A stretch of 64,000 nt of DNA from Oscillospiraceae bacterium (lineage in GTDB: Bacteria; Bacillota; Clostridia; Lachnospirales; Lachnospiraceae): positions 6,837-70,836 of the forward strand of contig CAVIHW010000003.1 of NCBI GenBank assembly GCA_963642615.1, given 5' to 3'. Both the position numbers and the translations under genes were made by a program. Shown one piece after another: positions 16,866 to 26,923 of the stretch. Numbering within the stretch: the stretch's first letter is position 1; the number at the start of each line of letters is the position of its first letter. Under the pieces are notes generated by a model that was given only the letters and a program-made list of their open reading frames with translations, ran no database searches and had not been told where the DNA came from.

Positions 16866-18830
16866 GTGATAGAAAAAATGAAGTTTTTAAGTATCACAGG
16901 TCCGAAGAATGATATTGACCGGGTGGTGGAGCAGTATCTTTCAAGGTATGAGATCCAGCTGGAAAATGCCCTGTCAGAGCTGAAAACGGTAGCGAATTTG
17001 CGGCCTTATCTGGAAAGCAACCCGTATAAGGCAGAGCTGCAGACCGCACAAGTCCTGATAAAAGAGCTGGATACGGCCGGGGACAGCAAAAAGACGGAAA
17101 TAGCGGAGGATCCCCATACGGCGGATATCCAGGATATGACACCGGAAGATGCCGCAGCCTTTATCCGTGGATTGGATGAAGAAATCCGTTCCCTTCGAAC
17201 TGAAAAGGAAGCCCTGGAGGCGCAGACACAAGGCCTAGAGAAATCCATAGATCAGGTAATCCCGTTTTCGGATCTGAATTACAGCTTGAAGGATATCATG
17301 AAATTCCGGTATGTGAAGTTCCGGTTCGGGCGCATGCCGCATGAATATTACCATAAGTTCATGGATTATGTTTATGATACCATCGATACCGTAGCTCATA
17401 AATGTCAGGAGGACGCAGAATATGTATGGCTGGTATATTTTGTGCCGAAGCCGCTCTGTGACAAGATCGATGCGATCTATGCCTCCCTGCATTTTGAACG
17501 GTTTGTTTTGCAGGATGAATATGAGGGAACACCGGAGGATGCAACCGAAGGACTGAAACAGCAGCTTTCTGATCTTCAGAAAAAGATAAACGATGTGGAT
17601 GACAAGATCCGCAATGTGCTGCAGACCCATACAGAAAAATTGCAGGAAGCATACAGAAAGCTTTCCATCTATGCGAAAAACTTTGATGTGCGTAAGCTTG
17701 CAGCCTGCGTAAAGGAAAAGGATCATACCTTTTACATCCTCTGCGGCTGGATGAGTGAGACAGATGCAAAGGCCTTTCAGAAGGAACTGGAGAAGGATGA
17801 CAAGACCTTCTGCTTTGTGGAAAAGGATCACGCAAGCATTGTGAGCAAGCCTCCGACCAAACTGAAAAATCCGGGACTGTTCCGGCCTTTTGAGATGTTT
17901 ATCCGAATGTATGGCCTTCCATCCTATGAGGAAATTGATCCGACCATCATCCTGGGGCTTACCTATTCGTTCTTGTTTGGTTTTATGTTTGGAGATGCAG
18001 GGCAGGGGCTTTGTCTGATGCTTGGCGGGTATCTGTTATACCGGGCAAAGAAGATGAATCTGGCAGCTATCATTTCCTGCTGCGGTTTCTTCTCCACGAT
18101 ATTCGGATTTTTATTCGGAAGTGTGTTTGGCTTTGAAAATGTAATTGAACCGCTGTGGCTGCATCCGAAGACTGCAATGACACATCTTCCCTTTGTAGGG
18201 AATTTAAATACGGTCTTTATCGTGGCGATAGCCATGGGTATGGGCATTGTCCTGATGACCATGGTACTCAATGTCATCAACAGCTTGAAAAGCCATGATA
18301 CGGAGAAGGCATTTTTTGATACCAACGGCATTGCAGGCATGGTCTTTTACGGTGCCCTGGCACTCACGATCGTTTTGTATATGAGCGGACATACGCTTCC
18401 TGCCACGGCAGTCCTTGTGGTGATGTTTGTGCTGCCGCTCCTTGTGATCTTTTTCAAGGAGCCGCTGACTGCACTGGCCGAAAAACACGCAGAGGTCATG
18501 CCGAAGGAAAAGGGAATGTTCTTTGTGCAGGGCGTATTTGAACTGTTTGAAGTATGTTTGAGCTATTTTTCCAACACCCTTTCCTTTGTCCGTGTGGGCG
18601 CCTTTGCAGTGAGCCATGCGGCCATGATGGAAGTGGTGCTGATGTTAGCCGGTGCCGAGGCGGGCACGCCAAACTGGCTGGTGGTAGTGCTTGGCAACCT
18701 GTTTGTGTGCGGCATGGAGGGACTGATCGTTGGCATCCAGGTACTCCGTCTGGAGTACTATGAGCTGTTCAGCCGTTTCTACCGGGGAACCGGACGGGAG
18801 TTCAAGCCTTACGGAAAGCAGAATGGATGA
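16866..18830 (+). CDS. ntpI: V-type ATPase subunit I (a-type stator/proton channel)
   Basis: Cytoplasmic coiled-coil N-half plus polytopic C-half ending ...FVRVGAFAVSHAAM...LRLEYYELFSRFY; GTG 16866 with GGAGGAG RBS (ATG 16878 is an alternative). Confidence 0.85.
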   Translation: MIEKMKFLSITGPKNDIDRVVEQYLSRYEIQLENALSELKTVANLRPYLESNPYKAELQTAQVLIKELDTAGDSKKTEIAEDPHTADIQDMTPEDAAAFIRGLDEEIRSLRTEKEALEAQTQGLEKSIDQVIPFSDLNYSLKDIMKFRYVKFRFGRMPHEYYHKFMDYVYDTIDTVAHKCQEDAEYVWLVYFVPKPLCDKIDAIYASLHFERFVLQDEYEGTPEDATEGLKQQLSDLQKKINDVDDKIRNVLQTHTEKLQEAYRKLSIYAKNFDVRKLAACVKEKDHTFYILCGWMSETDAKAFQKELEKDDKTFCFVEKDHASIVSKPPTKLKNPGLFRPFEMFIRMYGLPSYEEIDPTIILGLTYSFLFGFMFGDAGQGLCLMLGGYLLYRAKKMNLAAIISCCGFFSTIFGFLFGSVFGFENVIEPLWLHPKTAMTHLPFVGNLNTVFIVAIAMGMGIVLMTMVLNVINSLKSHDTEKAFFDTNGIAGMVFYGALALTIVLYMSGHTLPATAVLVVMFVLPLLVIFFKEPLTALAEKHAEVMPKEKGMFFVQGVFELFEVCLSYFSNTLSFVRVGAFAVSHAAMMEVVLMLAGAEAGTPNWLVVVLGNLFVCGMEGLIVGIQVLRLEYYELFSRFYRGTGREFKPYGKQNG

Positions 18831-18874
18831 GCGTAACAAACAAAATACTTGATGAGAAAAAGGAGAATCCGATC

Positions 18875-19306
18875 ATGACATTATTAGCAAAAATCACACT
18901 GGCAGCAGCATTAATCTTAAGCATTGCAGTTCCGTTTGGAGCTTTCGCGGCAGGAGAAAAGACAAAGGGGCGTTATAAAACCGCCCTTGGCGTGAATGTA
19001 TTTCTGTTTCTGGCAACCATCGGTGTAGCAGGTGGACTTATGTTTACCGGTCACGCATTTGCGGCAGAGGAGACAGCAAATGCTGTAAGCAGTGCAGCCG
19101 GATGGGGATATCTGGCTGCAGCACTTTCCACCGGCATGAGCTGCCTGGGCGGTGGTATTGCCGTATCGGCTGCAGCATCTGCAGCTTTAGGAGCCATCAG
19201 CGAGGACGGCTCCATTCTTGGTAAATCCCTCATCTTCGTAGGCCTTGCCGAAGGTGTATGCCTGTACGGACTGATCATTTCCTTCATGATCCTTGGTTCT
19301 TTATAG
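18875..19306 (+). CDS. ntpK: V-type ATPase proteolipid subunit K
   Basis: Four hydrophobic helices; C-terminal c-type hairpin with Gly-rich helix and carboxylate in GLAEGVCLYGL. Confidence 0.8.
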   Translation: MTLLAKITLAAALILSIAVPFGAFAAGEKTKGRYKTALGVNVFLFLATIGVAGGLMFTGHAFAAEETANAVSSAAGWGYLAAALSTGMSCLGGGIAVSAAASAALGAISEDGSILGKSLIFVGLAEGVCLYGLIISFMILGSL

Positions 19307-19309
19307 ACC

Positions 19310-19618
19310 ATGAAAATGTATCTGATCAGTGACAACATCGATACCTGGACCGGTATGCGTCTGGCCGGCGTGGAAGGTGCGGTGGTGCACGAAAAAGAGG
19401 AACTGAAGGCAGAGCTTGATAAGGTTCTGGCCGACAAGACGATCGGGATCGTGCTGCTGACGGAAAAATTCGGGAGAGACTTCCCGGATCTGGTCAATGA
19501 TGTAAGATTAAACCACCGCCAGCCACTGTTTGTAGAGATCCCGGATCGTCATGGAACCGGCCGCAAGCCGGACTTTATCACGGCTTACGTAAATGAAGCA
19601 ATCGGACTGAAATTATAA
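19310..19618 (+). CDS. ntpG: V-type ATPase subunit F
   Basis: 102 aa, MKMYLISD...GIVLLTEKF pattern typical of subunit F. Confidence 0.8.
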   Translation: MKMYLISDNIDTWTGMRLAGVEGAVVHEKEELKAELDKVLADKTIGIVLLTEKFGRDFPDLVNDVRLNHRQPLFVEIPDRHGTGRKPDFITAYVNEAIGLKL

Positions 19619-19624
19619 AGGAAG

Positions 19625-20239
19625 GTGAGCAATGTGACCACCGAGGAAAAATTACAGCATTTTCTGGATACCTGCATGGAGGACGCAAGAAGTCGCAGCG
19701 GGCAGATGCTGGATGAATATATGACAGCACAGGAAGAGACACTGGCAGAACACAAGGCAGATATCCAGAGAAGAGAGAAGCTGCGGATTAGGCAGGAAAC
19801 GGAAAAAGCAGAGCGCGAGATCAATAAACAGCTGGCGCTTGGGCAGATCGATATCCGCAGAAGCCTTGGTATGAAGCAGGAAGAACTGAAGGACAAGCTG
19901 TTTGTAGAGTTAAAGGATATGCTGGCAAATTATCTGGAGACTTCGGAGTATCAGAAGCTTTTAGAGCGCCAGGTGGAGAATGCCGTGGAGTTTGCAGGAG
20001 AAGATCCCCTGATCATTTATCTGGATCCGGTGGATGAGGATAAGTTAAACCGCCTTGCCCTCCATCATGGCAATGCAGAATTTCGCATTAGCCAGTATTC
20101 CTTTTTCGGGGGAAGCCGTGCCGTCATTCCAAAGAGGCATATCCTCATTGACAATTCCTTCCAGACGAAGCTGGAAGAAGCCAGGGAAAAGTTTCGTTTT
20201 GACTTAAGCCTGACAGAAGGAGGAAACGGCCATGTCTAA
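19625..20239 (+). CDS. ntpE: V-type ATPase subunit E
   Basis: About 200-aa protein with long N-terminal charged helix and globular C-terminus; GTG start (19625 or 19634). Confidence 0.75.
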   Translation: MSNVTTEEKLQHFLDTCMEDARSRSGQMLDEYMTAQEETLAEHKADIQRREKLRIRQETEKAEREINKQLALGQIDIRRSLGMKQEELKDKLFVELKDMLANYLETSEYQKLLERQVENAVEFAGEDPLIIYLDPVDEDKLNRLALHHGNAEFRISQYSFFGGSRAVIPKRHILIDNSFQTKLEEAREKFRFDLSLTEGGNGHV

Positions 20240-21998
20240 GACAGGAGTGATCGGAGGAATCAATGGACCAATTGTCCATGTAAAGGATGATCCGGGATTT
20301 ACCATGAATGAGATGGTCTATGTTGGCCATGACAATCTGGTTGGTGAGGTCATCGGCTTAAAAGCGGGGGATACCATCATCCAGGTATATGAGGAAACCG
20401 CAGGCATCCGTCCGGGCGAGCTGGTGACCGGAACCGGAGCACCGGTATCCGTAACACTGGCACCGGGAATCCTGACCAATATTTTTGATGGTATCGAGCG
20501 CCCGCTCAGTGAGATCGCAAAGACCGGTGGTGCTTATATCGGCAGGGGTGTACACGTCAGTGCCCTGGATACGGAAAAGAAATGGAAGACACACCTGACC
20601 GTAAAGAAGGGTGACCGGGTATATGGGGGAGCCATCATAGCAGAGGTGCCTGAGACTCCGGCCATCGTGCACAAGGTGATGGTTCCGCCGGATGAAGAAG
20701 GCTATGTGCTGGATGTGGTGGAGGATGGAGATTATACCATCAGCGATCCACTGGTGAAGATCCAGCATTTTGACGGGACCGAAAAGACCCTGACCATGAC
20801 CCAGAAATGGCCGATCCGTGTGGCAAGGCCTACCGCAAAGCGGTTTCCGGCAACAAAGCCGCTGGTGACCGGCCAGCGTATTCTGGATACCCTGTTTCCG
20901 CTTGCCAAGGGCGGCACGGCGGCAATCCCCGGAGGATTTGGAACCGGCAAGACCATGACTCAGCACCAGATCGCCAAGTGGTCAGACGCCAATATCATCA
21001 TTTATATCGGCTGCGGTGAGCGCGGAAATGAGATGACCCAGGTACTGGAGGAGTTTTCCGAGCTGATCGATCCCAAGACGGGCAATCCGTTGATGGATCG
21101 CACCACACTGATCGCCAATACCTCCAACATGCCGGTGGCAGCCCGTGAGGCAAGCCTGTATTCCGGCCTGACTCTGGCAGAATATTACCGGGACATGGGA
21201 TATCATGTTGCCATCATGGCGGACTCCACCTCCCGCTGGGCTGAGGCACTGCGAGAGCTGTCCGGCCGTCTGGAGGAGATGCCTGCTGAGGAAGGCTTTC
21301 CGGCATACCTGGCTTCCAAGCTGTCGGCCTTTTATGAGCGGGCAGGTATGATGCAGAATTTAAACGGCACGGAGGGCAGCGTGACCATCATCGGTGCGGT
21401 ATCGCCCCAGGGTGGTGATTTCTCTGAGCCGGTAACCCAGAATACCAAGCGTTTCGTGCGCTGCTTCTGGGGACTGGATAAGAACCTGGCCTATGCAAGG
21501 CATTTCCCGGCCATCTCCTGGCTTACCAGTTATTCCGAGTACTTAAACGACCTGGGTTCCTGGTATACGGAAAACGTGGACAAAAGGTTTGTGGACTACC
21601 GCAACCAGATCGTGTACCTGCTGTCACAGGAGAGCAGCCTGATGGAGATCGTCAAGCTGATCGGCGGTGATGTGCTGCCGGACGACCAGAAGCTGATCCT
21701 GGAGATCGCCAAGGTGATCCGTGTCGGTTTCCTGCAGCAGAATGCCTTCCACAAGGACGACACCTGCGTTCCGATGGAGAAACAGTTTAAGATGATGGAG
21801 ATCATCCTGTATCTGTACCGGAAATCCAGATCGCTGATCTCTATGGGCATGCCGATGTCGGTACTGAAGGAAGATCCGATCTTTGACCAGGTCAATGCCA
21901 TCAAATATGATGTGCCGAATGACAATCTGGCCATGCTGGATGACTACAAAACAAAGATTGACGCGTTCTATGAAAATGTCATTGAACGGAACGCATAG
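20232..21998 (+). CDS. ntpA: V-type ATPase catalytic subunit A
   Basis: 588 aa; Walker A PGGFGTGKTM; strong family resemblance throughout. Confidence 0.95.
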   Translation: MSKTGVIGGINGPIVHVKDDPGFTMNEMVYVGHDNLVGEVIGLKAGDTIIQVYEETAGIRPGELVTGTGAPVSVTLAPGILTNIFDGIERPLSEIAKTGGAYIGRGVHVSALDTEKKWKTHLTVKKGDRVYGGAIIAEVPETPAIVHKVMVPPDEEGYVLDVVEDGDYTISDPLVKIQHFDGTEKTLTMTQKWPIRVARPTAKRFPATKPLVTGQRILDTLFPLAKGGTAAIPGGFGTGKTMTQHQIAKWSDANIIIYIGCGERGNEMTQVLEEFSELIDPKTGNPLMDRTTLIANTSNMPVAAREASLYSGLTLAEYYRDMGYHVAIMADSTSRWAEALRELSGRLEEMPAEEGFPAYLASKLSAFYERAGMMQNLNGTEGSVTIIGAVSPQGGDFSEPVTQNTKRFVRCFWGLDKNLAYARHFPAISWLTSYSEYLNDLGSWYTENVDKRFVDYRNQIVYLLSQESSLMEIVKLIGGDVLPDDQKLILEIAKVIRVGFLQQNAFHKDDTCVPMEKQFKMMEIILYLYRKSRSLISMGMPMSVLKEDPIFDQVNAIKYDVPNDNLAMLDDYKTKIDAFYENVIERNA

Positions 21999-22010
21999 GA
22001 GGGCTGTGAA

Positions 22011-23423
22011 ATGGCAATTGAATATTTGGGATTAAGTGCGATCAACGGCCCCATGGTCGTGCTGGAGGGCGTTTCCGGTGCGGCCTATGATGAGATCGTG
22101 GAAATGACGGTGGACGGCAATAAGCAGAAGCTTGGCCGTATTATTGAGGTTTATGAGGATAAGGCCGTGATCCAGGTATTTGAGGGCACGGAAGGCATGG
22201 GACTGAAAAATGTCCACACGCGCCTGACCGGACATCCCATGGAGCTTGGTGTCTCGGAGGAAATGCTGGGGCGTACCATGAACGGCATTGGTGTCCCGAT
22301 CGACGGACTTGGCCCGATCGTGGCAGAAAAACTTTTGGATGTAAACGGTATGCCTTTAAATCCGGTAACCCGTGAGTACCCGCGAAACTATATCCGTACC
22401 GGAATCTCTGCCATTGATGGTTTGATGACCCTGATCCGGGGGCAGAAGCTTCCGATCTTTTCCGGAAACGGACTTCCCCATGACCAGCTGGCGGCACAGA
22501 TCGTGCAGCAGGCATCCCTGGGCGATGATTCGGATGAGGAGTTTGCCATTGTTTTTGCGGCTATGGGCGTCAAGCATGATGTGGCGGATTTCTTTCGCAG
22601 AACCTTTGAAGAGAGCGGTGTTTCCTCTCATGTGGCCATGTTTTTAAATCTGGCCAATGACCCGGTGGTCGAGCGTCTGATCACGCCGAAATGTGCGCTG
22701 ACGCTGGCAGAATATCTGGCTTTTGAGAAAAACATGCACATCCTGGTCATCCTGACCGATATGACTTCCTTTGCGGAGGCTATGCGTGAGGTGTCCTCCT
22801 CCAAGGGCGAGATCCCGTCCAGAAAAGGCTTCCCGGGCTATCTGTACAGTGAGCTTGCAGCGCTTTATGAGCGTGCCGGCATTGTAAAGGGTGTGAACGG
22901 ATCTGTGACGCAGATACCGATCCTTACCATGCCAAATGATGATATCACTCATCCGATCCCGGATCTGACCGGTTATATCACCGAGGGACAGATCGTGCTT
23001 GACCGCGAGTTAAATGGTCAGTCTGTTTATCCGCCCATCAATGTGCTGCCGAGCCTGTCCCGTCTGATGAAGGACGGCATTGGTGAGGGCTACACCCGGG
23101 CAGATCACCAGGCAGTGGCAAACCAGCTGTTTTCCTGCTATGCGAAGGTGGGAGATGCCAGGGCGCTTGCTTCGGTCATCGGCGAGGATGAGCTGTCCCC
23201 GATCGACAAAAAGTACCTGGTATTCGGCAAAGAATTTGAGCATCGGTTTGTGGGACAGGATCCCCATGATAACCGCAACATCATCACCACGTTAAACATT
23301 GGCTGGCAGCTTCTTGGGCTGCTTCCGAAGGTAGAGCTGGATCGTATCGATACAAAGATCCTGGATCAGTGTTATAAGCCGACAAAGCTGGATGAAAATG
23401 GGGATCTGGTGGATGCAGAATAA
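22011..23423 (+). CDS. ntpB: V-type ATPase subunit B
   Basis: 470 aa; typical non-catalytic B-subunit sequence. Confidence 0.95.
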   Translation: MAIEYLGLSAINGPMVVLEGVSGAAYDEIVEMTVDGNKQKLGRIIEVYEDKAVIQVFEGTEGMGLKNVHTRLTGHPMELGVSEEMLGRTMNGIGVPIDGLGPIVAEKLLDVNGMPLNPVTREYPRNYIRTGISAIDGLMTLIRGQKLPIFSGNGLPHDQLAAQIVQQASLGDDSDEEFAIVFAAMGVKHDVADFFRRTFEESGVSSHVAMFLNLANDPVVERLITPKCALTLAEYLAFEKNMHILVILTDMTSFAEAMREVSSSKGEIPSRKGFPGYLYSELAALYERAGIVKGVNGSVTQIPILTMPNDDITHPIPDLTGYITEGQIVLDRELNGQSVYPPINVLPSLSRLMKDGIGEGYTRADHQAVANQLFSCYAKVGDARALASVIGEDELSPIDKKYLVFGKEFEHRFVGQDPHDNRNIITTLNIGWQLLGLLPKVELDRIDTKILDQCYKPTKLDENGDLVDAE

Positions 23424-23435
23424 GGAGGGAGCTGT

Positions 23436-24056
23436 ATGAATCTAAATGCTTTCCCGACGAAGGGAAACCTTATTTTGGCAAAGAACTCCCTTGCGCTGGC
23501 CAGTCAGGGCTACGAGCTGATGGACAAGAAGCGGAACATCCTTCTTCGGGAACTGATGGGGCTTATTGATCAGGCAAAGGATATCCAGGCCGAGATCGAC
23601 ACCACCTTTACCGAGGCGTATAAGGCTTTGCAGAAGGCAAATATTGAGCTTGGTATCGGCTTTATCCAGGATATTGCAGGAACGATCCCGGTGGATGATA
23701 CCATCCGCATTAAGACCCGAAGCATCATGGGAACAGAGATCCCGCTCGTGCAGCATGAACCGCGGCAGCTGACACCCGGCTATGCCTTCCTTAGCACCAG
23801 TCCGGCTCTCGATGAGGCGCGGATGCACTTTGAGAAGGTGAAGGAGCTGACAGTAAAGCTTTCCATGGTGGAAAACTCTGCTTATCGTCTGGCAACCAGC
23901 ATAAGAAAGACCCAGAAGCGGGCAAATGCGTTAAAGAACATCACCATTCCGACCTATCAGAACCTGGTGGCGAATATTGGAAACGCACTGGAGGAGAAAG
24001 ACAGGGAGGAATTTACGCGTCTGAAGGTGATTAAGAGGACTTCACAGAAATTGTGA
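23436..24056 (+). CDS. ntpD: V-type ATPase subunit D
   Basis: 206 aa; MNLNAFPTKGNLILAKNSLALASQGYELMDKKRNIL central-stalk signature. Confidence 0.9.
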   Translation: MNLNAFPTKGNLILAKNSLALASQGYELMDKKRNILLRELMGLIDQAKDIQAEIDTTFTEAYKALQKANIELGIGFIQDIAGTIPVDDTIRIKTRSIMGTEIPLVQHEPRQLTPGYAFLSTSPALDEARMHFEKVKELTVKLSMVENSAYRLATSIRKTQKRANALKNITIPTYQNLVANIGNALEEKDREEFTRLKVIKRTSQKL

Positions 24057-24110
24057 ACTGTGTTAAAATATAACGGAGTGACGCAAGTCACAAAGACAAG
24101 AGAAGCTGAG

Positions 24111-24137
24111 GGGGTTCGAATGTAGCGAACCCCTTTG
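24111..24137 (+). terminator. intrinsic terminator of the V-ATPase operon
   Basis: GGGGTTCG / CGAACCCC stem followed by TTTGATC. Confidence 0.6.
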
Positions 24138-24167
24138 ATCTGTAACACAGGAAGTGAGGTCAGGAAT

Positions 24168-25781
24168 TTGACAAGAAATATACAGAAGAATTGGAAGAGA
24201 AAGGTACAGTGCTTTGGTGCAGCGCTTTTGTCTGTAGCACTCCTTGCAGGCTGCAATGCGGCGCAGACATCCGGTGAGGCGGAGAGTGAGACGACCGAGG
24301 AAAATCTGGTGCTGATGGAAGAAACCCTGCCGCAGACGGCGGCAGACGAGACTGTCATGGCGCTTTCTCCGGATGGTCCGCTGCTTCCTTCGGTGGATGG
24401 TGTGGATGCAGAGTACAGTGAACCGATCCCGGATTATCTGCGTATCGGTGCGAAGCACCCGGTTGTTGCAAAGCTGCAGCAGCGCCTGATGGATCTGGGA
24501 TTTATGGATAACGATGAACCGACGGATTATTACGGGGAAGTGACTCAGAGCGCAGTCAAGATCTACCAGCGTCAGAACAAGCTGGCACAGGACGGAATCA
24601 TCGGACCGGACACACTGGAAGCGATCCTTTCTCCGGATGCAAAGTATTATGCAGCACAGAAGGGTGATGAGGGTACCGATATCACCCGGATCCAGAGCCG
24701 TCTGTATGAGCTTGGTTATCTGGCCAGCGACACGGAGGTAACGGGCAGCTTTGGAGATACCACCGAAGAGGCAGTCATGAAGATGCAGAGCCTGAATGGC
24801 CTGGATCAGGACGGCAAGGTGGGAAGAAAGACCATGAACCTTCTGTACAGCGAGGATGTTAAGGCAAACATGCTGGCTTACGGTGAGAAGAGTGACCTGG
24901 TACTGGCAGCGCAGAAGCGCCTGAAAGAACTGGGCTATATGACCACCGAGCCGGATGGCAGCTATGGCAATGATACCATCATTGCCGTAAAGCAGTTCCA
25001 GTCCCGAAATGACCAGATCGTGGACGGTTATTTAGGACCTGCAACTCGTGTGGCCTTAAACAGTGCAGATGCAACTCCGAACGGACTGAGCCTTGGTGAC
25101 AGCGGTGACAACATCCAGAGAGTGCAGAACCTGTTAAGCCAGCTTGGCTATTTAAAATCTGCCAATGTTACCGGTTATTACGGTGAGGTGACGGAGAATG
25201 CGGTAAAGCTCTTCCAGCAGACCAACGGCCTGAGTGCGGATGGCCAGGTCGGTGTCATGACCATGGCAAAGCTGACCGGAGGAGATGCCAAGAAGGCACC
25301 GGCTCAGTCGAAGACAAGCAGCAAGAACAACAATAAAAATAACAGCAAGAACAACGGCAGCAGTTCCGGAAGCAAAGGAAACTCCGGAAGCACCTCAACA
25401 CCAAATACCGGAAGTGCCAGCGGCGGTGCCAGTGCCCTCATTGCAGTGGCAAGCTCCAAGCTTGGCTGTCCGTATGTATGGGGTGCCAAGGGACCAAGCT
25501 CCTTTGACTGCTCCGGCTTTGTATACTGGTGCTTAAACCAGGTTGGCGTGCGCCAGAGTTATATGACTTCTTCCGGATGGAGAAATGCCGGAAGATATAC
25601 CAAGATCACCAGCTTTTCCAACCTGCGTGCCGGTGACATCATCGTTGTAAGCGGTCATGTGGGAATCGTGGCAGGCGGCGGAACGGTTATTGATGCTTCC
25701 TCCGGTAACGGCAAGGTAGTCCACCGTTCGTTAAGCTCCTGGTGGGCAAACAACTTTATCTGCGGATGGAGGATCTTCTAA
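24168..25781 (+). CDS. lipoprotein with four PG_binding_1 repeats and C-terminal NlpC/P60 (C40) peptidase domain
   Basis: TTG 24168 with GAGG RBS; lipobox LLAGC; four repeats of the xLQxRLxxLGY...DGxxG pattern; Ser/Asn/Lys linker; catalytic region FDCSGFVYWC...GHVGIV. Confidence 0.85.
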   Translation: MTRNIQKNWKRKVQCFGAALLSVALLAGCNAAQTSGEAESETTEENLVLMEETLPQTAADETVMALSPDGPLLPSVDGVDAEYSEPIPDYLRIGAKHPVVAKLQQRLMDLGFMDNDEPTDYYGEVTQSAVKIYQRQNKLAQDGIIGPDTLEAILSPDAKYYAAQKGDEGTDITRIQSRLYELGYLASDTEVTGSFGDTTEEAVMKMQSLNGLDQDGKVGRKTMNLLYSEDVKANMLAYGEKSDLVLAAQKRLKELGYMTTEPDGSYGNDTIIAVKQFQSRNDQIVDGYLGPATRVALNSADATPNGLSLGDSGDNIQRVQNLLSQLGYLKSANVTGYYGEVTENAVKLFQQTNGLSADGQVGVMTMAKLTGGDAKKAPAQSKTSSKNNNKNNSKNNGSSSGSKGNSGSTSTPNTGSASGGASALIAVASSKLGCPYVWGAKGPSSFDCSGFVYWCLNQVGVRQSYMTSSGWRNAGRYTKITSFSNLRAGDIIVVSGHVGIVAGGGTVIDASSGNGKVVHRSLSSWWANNFICGWRIF

Positions 25782-25797
25782 GGCAGGATGTTTTAGC

Positions 25798-25843
25798 AAA
25801 AAAGAGATGAAAGATCAAAAATGACCTTTCATCTCTTTTTTTA
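25798..25843. terminator. bidirectional intrinsic terminator
   Basis: AGAGATGAAAG / CTTTCATCTCT stem flanked by A- and T-runs. Confidence 0.65.
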
Positions 25844-26860
25844 TAAGTCAAAAGAAAAATCTGTGGTGCAGCGCTTTACCACCTCGCAGGGAATCAGGGT
25901 CTGAGGCGCCGGTTTCTGTTCATGTTCCAACAGTCCGATCATGTTTTCTACAGTCTTTCTGCAGAGTACATCGACCTTACTGTCTACTGAGGTCATTTCC
26001 GGCTCACAGCTTATGGACATCAAAGAGTTGTTGTAGCCGATCACCGACAGATCCTCTGGGATCCGGATGCCCTTGACTTTTGCATACTTTACAGCACCGA
26101 CTGCCATGGCGTCTGCCGTGGAGATGACGCTGTCAAAGCTTAGGGTCTGACTGTATTCCACCAGCATATTCCGGGTATATTCAATGTTATTGCGGCTCTG
26201 GAATTTCAGCTCTCCAAGGATGGGATAACCGGCCACAGTCAGGGCGGCCTCATAGCCTTTCATTTTCTGCCGTCCACTGAAGGAATCAATGTGGTGCAGA
26301 AACAGCGTGCGTGTCCGTCCACGTTTAATGAGTGCCCGGGTCACCGAAAACATGGCATGGAAATCATCTGCACAGGTGCAGTAGATGTTTTCTCCGGTCA
26401 CCTGTCCGTTGATCATGAACACCGGTGTGGTTTTGGCGGCTTGCCGGATGTAATCCGTATCATGCTCATCCCTGCCGCTGCCGGCATAAACGGAGCCCAC
26501 CAGGACCAAGGTATCGATCTTCTTGCTTAAAAGCCAGTTTACGTAATTTTCCCGCTGTGACTGCTCGTAGCCGCTGCAGCCTAAGATACAGCCATAGCCG
26601 TAGCTGTGGAGATTGTCCTCCAGATAATATACGGCTCTGGCCATGTAGCTGTCGGAGATATCCGGACAGATGATCCCGACGGTTTTCATGGAACCGAGAC
26701 CCAGTCCGCGGGCAAAAATATTTGGTGTGTAGTCATATTCCTTCATGACTGCCAGCACCTTTTCTTTTGTTTTTTCGCTCACTCTCGGGCTGCCGTTCAC
26801 CACGCGCGAAACCGTGGCGATGGAGACACCTGAAAGCTTTGCAATGTCGTATATATTAAT
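25841..26860 (-). CDS. LacI-family transcriptional regulator (probable hexuronate-locus repressor); start codon non-canonical or unresolved
   Basis: Periplasmic-binding-fold sensor domain. An intact HTH (NIYDIAKLSGVSIATVSRVVNGS) is encoded in frame upstream of the first canonical start (GTG 26803). No ATG/GTG/TTG lies between the in-frame stop (26897-26899) and the HTH. ATT 26858-26860 lies 7 nt after GAGGG. Confidence 0.75.
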   Translation of the reverse strand: MNIYDIAKLSGVSIATVSRVVNGSPRVSEKTKEKVLAVMKEYDYTPNIFARGLGLGSMKTVGIICPDISDSYMARAVYYLEDNLHSYGYGCILGCSGYEQSQRENYVNWLLSKKIDTLVLVGSVYAGSGRDEHDTDYIRQAAKTTPVFMINGQVTGENIYCTCADDFHAMFSVTRALIKRGRTRTLFLHHIDSFSGRQKMKGYEAALTVAGYPILGELKFQSRNNIEYTRNMLVEYSQTLSFDSVISTADAMAVGAVKYAKVKGIRIPEDLSVIGYNNSLMSISCEPEMTSVDSKVDVLCRKTVENMIGLLEHEQKPAPQTLIPCEVVKRCTTDFSFDL

Positions 26861-26893
26861 GTCCTTGCCCTCACTTTCAGAATTGGTAGTAAC

Positions 26894-26922
26894 ATCTTAA
26901 CACCAGTTATCGGATTCGTCAA
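26894..26922 (-). promoter_or_regulatory. sigma-A-type promoter for the LacI-family gene
   Basis: Minus strand TTGACG - 17 nt - TAAGAT with TGT extended -10. Confidence 0.45.
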
Positions 26923-26923
26923 A

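Noticed and set aside
20232-21998. Intein in V-ATPase subunit A
   Set aside because: The length (588 aa) and continuous family resemblance leave no room for an insertion.
25285-25536. Alternative-frame ORFs inside the Ser/Asn/Lys linker of the NlpC/P60 gene
   Set aside because: These are low-complexity shadow frames within a gene whose flanking domains are unambiguous.
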